Below are positions 53,590-62,883 of a DNA stretch of 64,000 nt, piece by piece. Each line of letters starts with the position of its first letter. Position 1 is the first letter of the stretch. The DNA is from Acidobacteriota bacterium. GTDB lineage: Bacteria; Acidobacteriota; Vicinamibacteria; Vicinamibacterales; SCN-69-37. Position numbers and translations under genes: made by a program. Below the pieces are notes generated by a model, which was not told the origin of the DNA, did not search any database, and was given only the letters and a program-made list of their open reading frames with translations. The DNA is taken from the NCBI GenBank assembly GCA_009694745.1, contig SHUF01000009.1, positions 330 to 64,329 on the forward strand, written 5' to 3'.

Positions 53590-53935
53590 AACCGTGCCGA
53601 CGTTCGCGTCAGAGCAGGTGGAGCGAGAATACTGGGAAACCCATGACTCGATCGGAGTGGTGGACTGGTCCACGGCCCGTCGAGCGGTGTTTCCCAACCT
53701 GAAGGCCTCGACTGAGACAATCTCGCTCCGCTTGCCGACGGCGCTGCTCGCCGACCTGAAGGTCCTGGCCAACAAACGTGACGTGCCGTACCAGTCACTA
53801 CTCAAGGTCTATCTCTCGGATCGAGTGACGCATGAGACCGGAGGCCGTACGCGGCCTAACAAGGAGCTGCAGCCGACGAGCCGCCGTGGTGTTCAGGCCA
53901 AGACGAGGCAACCGGCGCGGGCGGCTCGCGGCTGA
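53567..53935 (+). CDS. brnA: BrnA/CopG-like antitoxin (gene cassette)
   Basis: PTFASE..E.EYWETHDS, FPNLK.ST.TISLRLP, ANKRDVPYQSLLK (RHH); ORF reads into attC. Confidence 0.88.
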   Translation: MAKRPKARTVPTFASEQVEREYWETHDSIGVVDWSTARRAVFPNLKASTETISLRLPTALLADLKVLANKRDVPYQSLLKVYLSDRVTHETGGRTRPNKELQPTSRRGVQAKTRQPARAARG

Positions 53936-53951
53936 GCGCCAGCCGTTAGAC
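53851..53951 (+). mobile_element. attC site
   Basis: R'' GCCTAAC 53854-53860, L'' gCTGCAGC, inner arms cgacgagccgcc/ggcggctcgcg, L' GCTGAG, R' GTTAGAC 53945-53951; GCGGCCTAAC is the exact complement of cassette start GTTAGGCCGC. Confidence 0.92.
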
Positions 53952-54129
53952 GGACCAAGACGAAATCAAGAACGCGAGGAATCAGAAAAGGCCGTGCGGA
54001 GCGAGTGAGATATGCGGCCCCCCTTCTCATGTTCTGGCTCTACGTATGGGGGCCGCTCCGGCCCTTCCACTATCCGAGCGGCGGGCAGATGCGGCCAATC
54101 GTTGGCGTCGTCGGTGCGCCGGCCTTTCG

Positions 54130-54294
54130 CATCATTCGAGCGAGGTGTCACGAGCTCTGGAAGTTCTGGCAGACTACGGATCTCGAGAGTACCTCGGAAC
54201 CAGCCAGGGCGTAGAGTGGGCGTGTCCGGCTTGCGGCGAACGCGTGGAACCTCAGTTCACGGAGTGTTAGAGCTGCGGGACAGCGGCACCGTGA
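54130..54294 (+). pseudogene. C-terminal remnant of a DUF2007-like protein with Zn ribbon
   Basis: EWACPACGERVEPQFTEC*SCG, with TAG 54268-54270 where Trp is expected; 5' boundary approximate. Confidence 0.6.
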
Positions 54295-54353
54295 ACGTGG
54301 AACCGGATCTCCGCCCAGGCCTGCCACTGGTGATGCACTGGTAACGTAGAGCG

Positions 54354-54851
54354 ATGCGGATGCGTCACACACGATTCTTTTGTCCGATTGGCGTGAGCCT
54401 GTGGTCGGTGGTGCTCGCCTGCAGCCAGGCGGTCGCCCCAGTCGACCTACCAGGGCCGCTGCGCGACCAGGTGAGGGATGGACGATTCGACATGGTCACC
54501 GCCGTCAGGGGGCTTCCGCTTGGCGTCCGCGACGGGTTGCAGCGGTTGTTCAGCAGCCCGACACTGGCCATCGTTGATCCGGGCGCCGCGTTTCAGGCCA
54601 CGGGTGCCACAGTAAATCCAACGTTCCCGCCACGTCGCCTGGTGGCGGCTGGATGCACGATCGACTATTGCCTGGTTTATTACGAACGTGGTGGCACCGC
54701 CCATACGTGGCACGTCGCGCTGTTGCACTGGACGCCGGACGCCACTCAATTCGAGTGGGGTGGCATCGCGCCGGCAGGCCTTGCCACGATTGACGATGTT
54801 CGGAATGCCGTCCTCGCAGGAACAATCAAGGCGCCCGACGGCGTCTGGTAG
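54354..54851 (+). CDS. Hypothetical exported/lipoprotein
   Basis: Possible lipobox VLAC; FQAT...PPRRLV.AGC....CLVYYERGG. Confidence 0.6.
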   Translation: MRMRHTRFFCPIGVSLWSVVLACSQAVAPVDLPGPLRDQVRDGRFDMVTAVRGLPLGVRDGLQRLFSSPTLAIVDPGAAFQATGATVNPTFPPRRLVAAGCTIDYCLVYYERGGTAHTWHVALLHWTPDATQFEWGGIAPAGLATIDDVRNAVLAGTIKAPDGVW

Positions 54852-54878
54852 TTTCCACGACCTTGCAGGGATCGGCCC

Positions 54879-55256
54879 TTGCGTGGAAGCATCTGTCGCG
54901 AAGTGAGGGTGTTCTACGAAGGTCCGATGCTGGAGCCGATGCGGCCAGGGAAAGTGGTCGAGCTGAAGCCAGGCATCATGTACGTGGACCTCAGCCGGAC
55001 CACGGCGGATGACTTCAGAGCCGCGATACCGGCGCTTGGCGCCGCGCAGGGGATCGTGTTCGACATTCGGGATATCCCGATTCTCGACGTTCGCGACGTG
55101 TTGCCCCTGTTGTCGGAGGGCGAGGTTCGTCTGGAACTCGCCTCGCAGGTCGGCGCCACAACGGCCTTTCGCGCGGGCCTGCCCCTGGCGTCGTTCCCGG
55201 CTCTGGCAGAGGCGGTGTGGTTCGCACCGCCGAGCAAGGCGCGGGGGCAGCGATGA
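54879..55256 (+). pseudogene. Chimeric remnant including an S41 peptidase-like fragment
   Basis: ELKPGIMYVDLSR...GIVFDIR resembles the S41 GIIFDLRGYP region; no catalytic part; unrelated 3' end. Confidence 0.45.
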
Positions 55257-55840
55257 AGACCAGAAGCTTCCGAACGGCGGCCGCCTTGGAAGCCTGGCTT
55301 TCCGCGAACTACGACCGTGAAACCGAGTTGTGGCTGAAGGTGCACAAAAAAGACTCTGGCCTGCCGTCAGTGACCTGCCCCGAAGCGCTCGATGTGGCGC
55401 TTTGTTGGGGATGGATTGACAGCATCCGCAAATCATTTGACGAGCGATCGTTCCTGCAGCGATACACACCCCGAAGGCCGAAGAGTATCTGGAGCCAGAT
55501 TAACCGCGACAATGTCGCGCGATTGAGAGCGGCCGGACGGATGACGGCACACGGCCAGCGCCAGGTGGACGCCGCCAAGGCGGATGGCCGGTGGGCCGCG
55601 GCCTACGCGCCCATTCGCAGTGCGAGCGAGGCGACGATCCCCGTGGACCTCAAGGCCGCCATCGAGGCCAACCCGAAGGCGCGCAAGACGTTTCGGTCGC
55701 TGGGGAAGCTGAATCTGTTCGCGCTGGCGTTTCGCACCAACAACATGCGCACGCCTGCTGGGCGCGCGAAGAAGATCGACGCGCTGGTGGCGATGCTCGC
55801 GCGAGGCGAGACGATCGCGCCAGAGCCCACAAAGAAGTAG
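55253..55840 (+). CDS. YdeI/OmpD-associated family protein
   Basis: ALCWGWID, YTPRRPKSIWSQIN, GRM, AKADGRW, P.DL..A. Confidence 0.9.
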   Translation: MKTRSFRTAAALEAWLSANYDRETELWLKVHKKDSGLPSVTCPEALDVALCWGWIDSIRKSFDERSFLQRYTPRRPKSIWSQINRDNVARLRAAGRMTAHGQRQVDAAKADGRWAAAYAPIRSASEATIPVDLKAAIEANPKARKTFRSLGKLNLFALAFRTNNMRTPAGRAKKIDALVAMLARGETIAPEPTKK

Positions 55841-55848
55841 GGCCGCGA

Positions 55849-56925
55849 TTACTTGTCGCGCCCGCTGAGTTGCCGCCCCTTGGCCACGGCGCGGAAGGCG
55901 CCGTCGTTGAACGACTGGAGAATGCCGACGTTGAAGCCCTGTTGCATGCGGGTTTCGATGTCTGCTTCAGACACCGGGTAGGCGCACGACAGCTTGAACT
56001 CCTTGCAGGCACTCAGCACCGTCTGAATCGCGGCTTCCCAGGCCACGTCGTCTCTGACGCGGCGGCCTTCAGCGTTGGTGGTCGAGAAGACACCACCAAG
56101 GGTGCCGGCGCCGGGCGCAAGCACGCTCAGTCCTGGCACCTGTGCGATCTCGCGCACGTTCGCCAGGCCCTCCATCGTTTCAATGATGGCCGTGACCACG
56201 AGTTCGCCTTCGGGATTGAGTGGCCACACATCGGCCTTCTTGCGGTACTCGCCTTCACTCAGGCCCCAATACTTCGGCGCGCTACCCACGTCGTCTGGCC
56301 GGGTTCCGCCTTTGGCCTTGAACCGCAAGGCCGCAATGCCCAGGCGCAGCTCTTCAGCGCTGTCCACTTCGACGAATGAAATGCTGGACACGCCTGCGTT
56401 CAGTTGCCGGCTGAGGTTGGTGACGTAGTTGGCCGGGTCGGCCGCCATGTCGGCGCGCGAGATGTTCGGCGCCTTGGAGTTGATCGGCATGCGCAGCCGT
56501 TTCGGCGCTGTGGTGCTCAGTGGCCCGGCGTCCGCTGCCGCGTCCTGCAGCGCAATCATGGTTGTGGCGCCTGCGTCGATGTTACGTTCCATCATCGCGG
56601 TGAAGAAGTAGTCGGCCTCGGGATGGGCAAATGCGTCCGCCACCAGTTCCGCTGGTGTCTTCGGCGGCGGTGCGGGTGCGGCAGGGGGAGCCGGCGCCGG
56701 TGGAGGAGGTGGAGGAGTGGTGGTCGCCGCGGCCCCTGGTGCAGCGCCACGTCCACGGTTGCCGCCGCCACCGGCGCGACCCACCGAGGGTACGCCCAGG
56801 CCAAAGACGGCCTTCTTCGCCATCAGCAAATCGACCATGGGGTTCAGATGGGTGCCTTGCTGCCCGTTGATCGAAAGGCCCAGGGCCGCCACACACACCA
56901 CGCCGACTGTCAGACGTACACGCAT
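55849..56925 (-). CDS. Secreted HpcH/HpaI aldolase-fold protein
   Basis: GGAGG SD then ATG 56925; signal peptide; QLNAGV, ADVWPLNPEGEL, IIET..GL.N..EIA.VPG. Confidence 0.75.
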   Translation of the reverse strand: MRVRLTVGVVCVAALGLSINGQQGTHLNPMVDLLMAKKAVFGLGVPSVGRAGGGGNRGRGAAPGAAATTTPPPPPPAPAPPAAPAPPPKTPAELVADAFAHPEADYFFTAMMERNIDAGATTMIALQDAAADAGPLSTTAPKRLRMPINSKAPNISRADMAADPANYVTNLSRQLNAGVSSISFVEVDSAEELRLGIAALRFKAKGGTRPDDVGSAPKYWGLSEGEYRKKADVWPLNPEGELVVTAIIETMEGLANVREIAQVPGLSVLAPGAGTLGGVFSTTNAEGRRVRDDVAWEAAIQTVLSACKEFKLSCAYPVSEADIETRMQQGFNVGILQSFNDGAFRAVAKGRQLSGRDK

Positions 56926-56996
56926 AGATCTCCTCCGGTGGTGCGAATCATACCTGCGGTAGACTCGCAGGCGCGAACATTTTCGTGAACAGGAGA

Positions 56997-57599
56997 GTGG
57001 TAGCAATAACAAAGAAAGCGAAGAAGTCGACGAAGCCCGTGGCAAAGTCGGCGGCGAAGAAAGCGGCGAGGAAGCCGATGAGGAAGGCCGCAGCCAGGAA
57101 GGCTGTGGCGAAGAAGCCCGTGGCAAAGAAGGCCGCGGCGAAAAAGACAGCCGCCAAGCAGGCACCTGCGAAGCGCAAGACGGCCAGGGCGACCAAGGCG
57201 GCGCCGAAGGCAAGCGGGTCCGCGCTCCTGAGCATCTCGCCAGGGTTCACTGCGAACGACGCCGCGGCCACCATCAAATGGTATTGCGACGTGCTCGGAT
57301 TCACCGTGATCGAGCGCTGGGAGCATGAAGGCCAGTTCCTGGGCGCGCAGATTGGCTCAGGCGCCGTGTCGATCAATGTCGGGCAGGACGACTGGAAGAT
57401 AGGCCGTGACCGCATCAAAGGCCAGGGCACGCGCATCTATATCACCACCGGGCCGGACATCGACGCGTACGCGGCCGCTGTCAAGGCTCGCGGCGGCACG
57501 CTTGCCGAGGACCTTCAGGACGGCTGGGGCATGCGCGCGTTTTCGATCAACGACCCAGACGGTTTCAAGATCACGTTCTATGCCTTGCTGAAGGCGTAG
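56997..57599 (+). CDS. VOC/glyoxalase-family protein with Lys/Ala-rich histone H1-like N-terminus
   Basis: About 70 aa of AAKK/PVAK repeats, then WYCDVLGF...WGMRAFSINDPDG; exact start uncertain. Confidence 0.8.
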   Translation: MVAITKKAKKSTKPVAKSAAKKAARKPMRKAAARKAVAKKPVAKKAAAKKTAAKQAPAKRKTARATKAAPKASGSALLSISPGFTANDAAATIKWYCDVLGFTVIERWEHEGQFLGAQIGSGAVSINVGQDDWKIGRDRIKGQGTRIYITTGPDIDAYAAAVKARGGTLAEDLQDGWGMRAFSINDPDGFKITFYALLKA

Positions 57600-57601
57600 G
57601 G

Positions 57602-58948
57602 CTACCGGAACACGCCGGCGGTGGCCTCAAGATGGCCATCGTTCGGCGCGGGCCGGAGGCCAAGGACACGCGCCATCATCTCGTAGAGGTGAATGTTCTC
57701 GAGCGGCGGGATGGTGGCGCCCTGACGAAACTGCCGGCCGGCGGCGATGAACAACCCGTGCATGGAACGCAGCCGCGGGTCGTAGCCGTGGTTGCCGCCC
57801 ATCTGGCGCCCATCGGCCTGCCACTCCGCGAACTGCCTTCGGGTCGTGACCGTCCAGCCGTCAGCGGCGATACCAATTACAGGCGGGATGCGCGGGTGCG
57901 TGTTGTAGTGCAGTTCGACCGGCACGTCCGCGCGCCGATACACCGCGAGCGACGGGTGTTTGTCCTTGAGCGCCAGGTAGATGTCTTCGGCGGTGCCGGT
58001 GCGCGGCCACATGCCGACCACCGGCGACGAGTCAATCACGTCGATCGTCCGCGTGTCGAGATAGTCGTCGAGCACCACCACGCGACGCGTCGACGTCTGC
58101 GACATGCCGTGGTCCGACACGATGACATAGTGCACGCGTGATGCCACCGGCAATGCGTTCACGCCATCCACCAGCACCCCGATCTCCCTGTCGAGTTCCG
58201 CGGCGGTCTCCAGCACTTCTGACGACTCAGGGCCAGCCGAGTGCCCGACGCTATCCACGTCGCTGAAGTACAGCGTGATGAACGACGGCCGTTCTTTTTC
58301 TGAAAGCTTCATCCATTTCAGGACCTCCTGCACGCGCTGACGGTTCGGGAAATCGTCATCGAAAGGTCTCCAGAACGTAGGCCGTACGCCGCCGACATTC
58401 ACTTCGCTGCCCGGCCAGAACATGGATGCTGCAATCTGTCCCTGCTTCTGCGCGGTCACCCACATCGGCTCGCCTCCCCACCACCGGCTGTCTCTCGCCG
58501 TGGCCGCCGACATCGAGAACCGCTCGCCGATTGCTGCATCGACCATGTTGTTGGACACAATGCCGTGATGCTCGGGGTACAACCCGGTGACGATGGAGTA
58601 GTGGCTGGGAAAGGTCTTTGAGGGGAACGACGGAATCAGGCCCTCGGACCGCACGCCTATCCTGGCCAGCGCCTCGAGCTGCGGCACGCGGGCCCGGTCA
58701 AGATAGTCCCAGCGCCACCCATCCAGCGAGATCAGGATCAGGATGGGCGCGCCGGACTCTGGACTCCGGACCCCGGACTCTGGACCCACCTCCGCGCTGC
58801 GCGCTTCGTCGGGCAAGCCCTGGACTCGTCCGCTCGCGCACGAGCCCAGCAGCGTGGCTGCAACGCACCACGCGAACGCGAGGGCGATGAACCGGCGCTT
58901 ATTCGTTCGGGTCTTCAAGGTAGGTGTAGCCGTGGAGGCCTTCTTCAT
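57602..58948 (-). CDS. Nucleotide pyrophosphatase/phosphodiesterase (alkaline phosphatase superfamily) lipoprotein
   Basis: Lipobox LGSC; ISLDGWR, SKTFPSHYSIVTG, SDHGM, GNHGYD; start uncertain. Confidence 0.9.
   Translation of the reverse strand: MKKASTATPTLKTRTNKRRFIALAFAWCVAATLLGSCASGRVQGLPDEARSAEVGPESGVRSPESGAPILILISLDGWRWDYLDRARVPQLEALARIGVRSEGLIPSFPSKTFPSHYSIVTGLYPEHHGIVSNNMVDAAIGERFSMSAATARDSRWWGGEPMWVTAQKQGQIAASMFWPGSEVNVGGVRPTFWRPFDDDFPNRQRVQEVLKWMKLSEKERPSFITLYFSDVDSVGHSAGPESSEVLETAAELDREIGVLVDGVNALPVASRVHYVIVSDHGMSQTSTRRVVVLDDYLDTRTIDVIDSSPVVGMWPRTGTAEDIYLALKDKHPSLAVYRRADVPVELHYNTHPRIPPVIGIAADGWTVTTRRQFAEWQADGRQMGGNHGYDPRLRSMHGLFIAAGRQFRQGATIPPLENIHLYEMMARVLGLRPAPNDGHLEATAGVFR
58754..58788. 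repeat. Five tandem heptamers inside the NPP coding linker
   Basis: GGACTCT GGACTCC GGACCCC GGACTCT GGACCCA. Confidence 0.8.
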
Positions 58949-60851
58949 AGAATCGCAGCAGTAGGCCTGACTCTTCGAACGTCAGGCGGCCCTCGCGCAC
59001 CGACACTTCCACAGACTCACGAAGCTTCCGGAGCAGCGTGTCGGCATCAAACTCCACGTAGTCAAGGACTTCACGCACGGTATCGCCCTTGATCACCGAC
59101 TCAAGGACTACGTTGTCGGAAGAGTCGAGGCTCACATGCACCGCGTGGGTGTCGCCAAACAGGTTGTGAAGGTCGCCGAGGATTTCCTGATAGGCGCCGA
59201 CCAGGAACACGCCAAGGTAGTACGGGTCTCCGGTGAACGGATGAAGCGCCAGCGTGCGCCGCACATCGCGCCGGTCGATGAACTGATCGATCTTGCCGTC
59301 CGAGTCACACGTGATGTCGCCGAGTACGGCCTGCCGTGTGGGCGCTTCATTCAGCCGGTGAATAGGCATCACGGGAAAGAGCTGCTTGATCGCCCACGAA
59401 TCGGGGATGGACTGGAAGAGCGAGAAATTGCAGAAGTACGTGTCGGCCAACGTGTCGTCCAGCGATTGCAGGTCCTCTGGCACATCGTCCATCGTCTGCG
59501 TCATCTTGCGGATTTTGCTGCAGATGGCCCAGTACAACGTTTCGGCCTGACAGCGCTGGCCCAGAGGCAGGTAGCCGCCGTTGAACAGGTTTAGCGCCAT
59601 GTCGAGCGCCTGTTGCGCGTCGTGATAACTCTCGAGCGCGTTGCGCGCCGTCAGGTTCTGATAGGTCTCTTTCAGGTCCACGAGCGGCTGCTCAAGTTCC
59701 TCGCCGTTGCCGTTGGTGGGAATCTCCTCGTCGCCAAACCCCGACACGCCCAGGATGTTGAACACCAGCATGCTGTGGTACGCCACCACCGCGCGCCCGC
59801 TTTCAGACAAGATGGTCGGATGGGCCACGCCCGTGTCGTCGCACACCGACTGGATGTGATAGACGACGTCGTTGGCGTATTCCTGCAACGTGTAATTCAC
59901 GCTCGACTCGAAATTGGTGTTCGACCCGTCGTAGTCCACGCCAAGGCCGCCGCCCACGTCGATCAGTTCCAGCCCGGCGCCTTCCTTGACCAGTTCGGTG
60001 TAGATGCGGGCCGCTTCGTTGAGCGCGCCCTTGACGATGCGGATGTTCGGAATCTGGCTGCCCAGGTGGAAGTGCAGCAGCTTGAAGCAGTCTTCCATGC
60101 CGTGCGCCTTCAGTTCCTGAAGGCCCTGGCGGACTTCGGCCACGGTCAGGCCAAACTTCGACCGGTAGCCGCCCGATGACTGCCACCGGCCGCCGCCGCG
60201 GGCCGCCAGCTTCACGCGCATGCCGATCTGCGGCCGCACGCCTACTTTCTTGGCGTATTCGAGGACCAGGCCCAGTTCGGTGTATTTCTCCACCACCGGG
60301 ATGATCTTCCGGCCCATCTTGAGCGCGAGCATCGCCATTTCGATGAACTCGGCGTCCTTGAAGCCGTTGCAGATAATCGGCGTGTCGTTGGTGGTCATGG
60401 CCACCACAGCCAGCAACTCGGGCTTGGAGCCGGCCTCGATCCCGAAGCCGTATTCCCGGCCAAAATCCAGCACTTCCTCCACAACCTGGCGCTGCTGGTT
60501 GACCTTGATCGGGTAGACGCAGACGTATTTGCCGTTGTATTGATGCTGCGCAATCGCCGCCTGGAACGCCGCGTGGATATCACCAAGGCGATGGCGGAGG
60601 ATGTCGCTGAACCGAATCAGGATGGGCAGGCCGATGCCGCGCTGCTGCAGGTGATCGACGAGCTGTTTCAGGTCGATGGACCGGTCTGGTTCCTTGGTGA
60701 CATGCGCCAGCATGTGGCCGTTGGCGCCGACTGAAAAGTAGCCCTGCCCCCAGCGAGGGACATCGTAGAGTTCGGAGGCGTCGGTGACCGTCCAGGGGTC
60801 ACCTTGACGCCGGGTAGCTTGCGGGCGGCTCGTCGTTGGCACGTTTCGCAT
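58899..60851 (-). CDS. speA: Biosynthetic arginine decarboxylase
   Basis: YPIKVNQ, EAGSKPEL, HFHLGSQ, DVGGGLG, ESGR, CDSDG, GAYQE; start may be GTG 60842. Confidence 0.96.
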   Translation of the reverse strand: MRNVPTTSRPQATRRQGDPWTVTDASELYDVPRWGQGYFSVGANGHMLAHVTKEPDRSIDLKQLVDHLQQRGIGLPILIRFSDILRHRLGDIHAAFQAAIAQHQYNGKYVCVYPIKVNQQRQVVEEVLDFGREYGFGIEAGSKPELLAVVAMTTNDTPIICNGFKDAEFIEMAMLALKMGRKIIPVVEKYTELGLVLEYAKKVGVRPQIGMRVKLAARGGGRWQSSGGYRSKFGLTVAEVRQGLQELKAHGMEDCFKLLHFHLGSQIPNIRIVKGALNEAARIYTELVKEGAGLELIDVGGGLGVDYDGSNTNFESSVNYTLQEYANDVVYHIQSVCDDTGVAHPTILSESGRAVVAYHSMLVFNILGVSGFGDEEIPTNGNGEELEQPLVDLKETYQNLTARNALESYHDAQQALDMALNLFNGGYLPLGQRCQAETLYWAICSKIRKMTQTMDDVPEDLQSLDDTLADTYFCNFSLFQSIPDSWAIKQLFPVMPIHRLNEAPTRQAVLGDITCDSDGKIDQFIDRRDVRRTLALHPFTGDPYYLGVFLVGAYQEILGDLHNLFGDTHAVHVSLDSSDNVVLESVIKGDTVREVLDYVEFDADTLLRKLRESVEVSVREGRLTFEESGLLLRFYEEGLHGYTYLEDPNE

Positions 60852-60934
60852 GATACCGACTTTTTTTGACCGTTACAGGACAATTCGCGCCCCAGCCGGT
60901 TGACAGCCCTCGCCCTGCTCCCAATAGGTGGGGT

Positions 60935-62065
60935 GTGTCGACACGTTCTCGGACCATCTGGCTGGTGATCATTGGCGCGCTGCTGACCGCGTCCTTCTCG
61001 ACGACGCTGGCGCACCTGGCCACGCAGTGGTCCGGCCGGCCGCAGCGGCTTCAGAGCCTGGCGCTGCTGAACGCCGCCTTTTGGCTGGGCTGGGCCACCC
61101 TGAGCCTGCCGCTTGTGATGCTGGCGCGACGCGTGAGGATCGACCGGCGACCCCGCGTGGCGGTACCCGTTCATTTGGCCGCGCTGATCGTCGCCGCGAT
61201 GTTGCATATCGCCCTCCAGACGTTTGCGCAGACTGTGGTGTGGCGATTCTCGATGAACATGAAGATGCCGATGGCGACTGCGCCCGACCTGTCGGAGTGG
61301 ATGGGCCAGTGGATGGGCACCTTCCCCGTCCAGCTGGTCCTCTTCCTCGATTGGGAGCTGTTTGTCGGCGCCGGCATCATCGCGTCCGCGCACGCGATGT
61401 TTTATTACCGCGAGTCGCGCGAACGGGGCATGGCCTAGGCTAAACTCGAGACGCGGCTCATCGAAGCGCAGCTCGAGACGCTGCAGCGCCAGCTGCATCC
61501 ACATTTTCTGTTCAACACGCTCAACGCCATTTCCACGCTCATGCATCGCGACGTTCGGACCGCCGATCGGATGCTCATCCAGCTCAGCGGCCTGCTGCGC
61601 ATCACGCTGGAATCCGTCTCGCGCCCGCAGATTCCTCTCAGTGAAGAGTTGGATGTGCTCGACAAATTTGTCCAGATCGAACAGACCCGCCTCGGAGATC
61701 GTCTGACTGTTGCATTCGATGTGGATAGCGACATCCTCGACGCCATCGTGCCGACGCTCATCCTGCAGCCGCTGGTCGAAAACGCCATCAAACATGGCGT
61801 GGTTCCGACCGGTCGACACGGACGTGTGGCCGTTAACGGACATCGCGAGGGCGACATGATCGTGCTGCAGGTGACCGACGACGGGCCGGGGCCGTCGGAG
61901 GGCGCGATGGCGATGCTCTCCAAGGGCATCGGCGTGTCGAATACGCGCGCGCGGCTGATGCATCAGTTCGGCGTTCGCCATCGATTCGAATTCCACAAAC
62001 AACCGGGTGCGTTCACCGTGCTGGTCGCCTTCCCAGCCACAATTCCTGAGGAAGCGTCTCAATGA
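60935..62065 (+). pseudogene. LytS/YehU-type histidine kinase with in-frame TAG
   Basis: TM region, TAG 61436-61438, then the same frame gives QLHPHFLFNTLN, LQPLVENAIKHG, DDGPG, GIGVSN. Confidence 0.88.
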
Positions 62066-62874
62066 CCATGCATGCCCGAAAAATCTAAACGTTGATTGTG
62101 GATGACGAGCCGTTGGCGCGTGAGCGCGTCCGTTCGATGACCGGGCTGGAGGGTGACCTTGAGGTGATCGGCGAGGCCCGCGAGGGCGCCGAAGCCGTAG
62201 ATGCGATCCTCAGCCAGTCGCCCGACCTGGTATTTCTCGACGTTTAGATGCCGAAGCTTGATGGCTGTGACGTCATCAAATCGGTGGGCGCCGACCGCAT
62301 GCCCTCGGTGGTGTTTGTCACCGCCTTCGACCAGCACGCGCTGCGCGCGTTTGAAGTGCAGGCGCTGGACTATCTGTTGAAGCCGTTTGATCAGGAGCGG
62401 TTTCAGGGTGCCCTGCGGCGGGTGCGCGGGCAGATGGACGCGGCCGAGAACGGCGAGCTGTCCAAGCGGCTGCTGGCGTTGGTGCGTGACATGAAAACGG
62501 ACGCGCCGCCCGAACCATACGCCGAGTCGGCGGACCGCAAGAGCGACCGCATGGTGGTGAAGTTTGGAGGTCGCCTGTTTGTCCTCCGCGCGGATGTGAT
62601 CGACTGGGTGGAGGCGGCCGGCAACTACGTGCGCGTGCATGTGGGCACCGAGTCTCATCTGCTCCGCGACACCATGAATGCGATCGAGGCCCGTCTCAGC
62701 TCTGACATCTTCTTCCGCATCCACCGCTCCCGCATCGTCAACATCGAGCGCGTGAAAGAACTGCAGCCGTAGTTCAACGGCGAGTACGTGGTGATCCTTC
62801 GCAACGGCACCAAGCTCACGCTGAGCCGCGGGTACCGCGAGAAGCTGCAGGAGCGGCTCGGAAAGCCGCTGTAA
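62062..62874 (+). pseudogene. LytTR response regulator with three in-frame stops
   Basis: IVDDEPLAR, FLDV*MP, DYLLKP, FFRIHRS; TAA 62086, TAG 62245, TAG 62770; natural stop TAA 62872-62874. Confidence 0.9.
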
Positions 62875-62883
62875 AACCCTCGA

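Noticed and set aside
54005-54344. Intact second gene cassette
   Set aside because: No GTCTAAC/attC is found downstream, and the short overlapping ORFs lack motifs apart from the broken Zn-ribbon fragment.
41036-62874. Amber (TAG) reassignment or pyrrolysine readthrough as the cause of five in-frame TAGs
   Set aside because: The expected residues differ (Gln at some sites, Trp at others). The LytTR gene also has an in-frame TAA. Intact genes (efp-like, ctaD, grpE, amidohydrolase) use TAG as a normal stop. Point nonsense mutations explain the pattern better.
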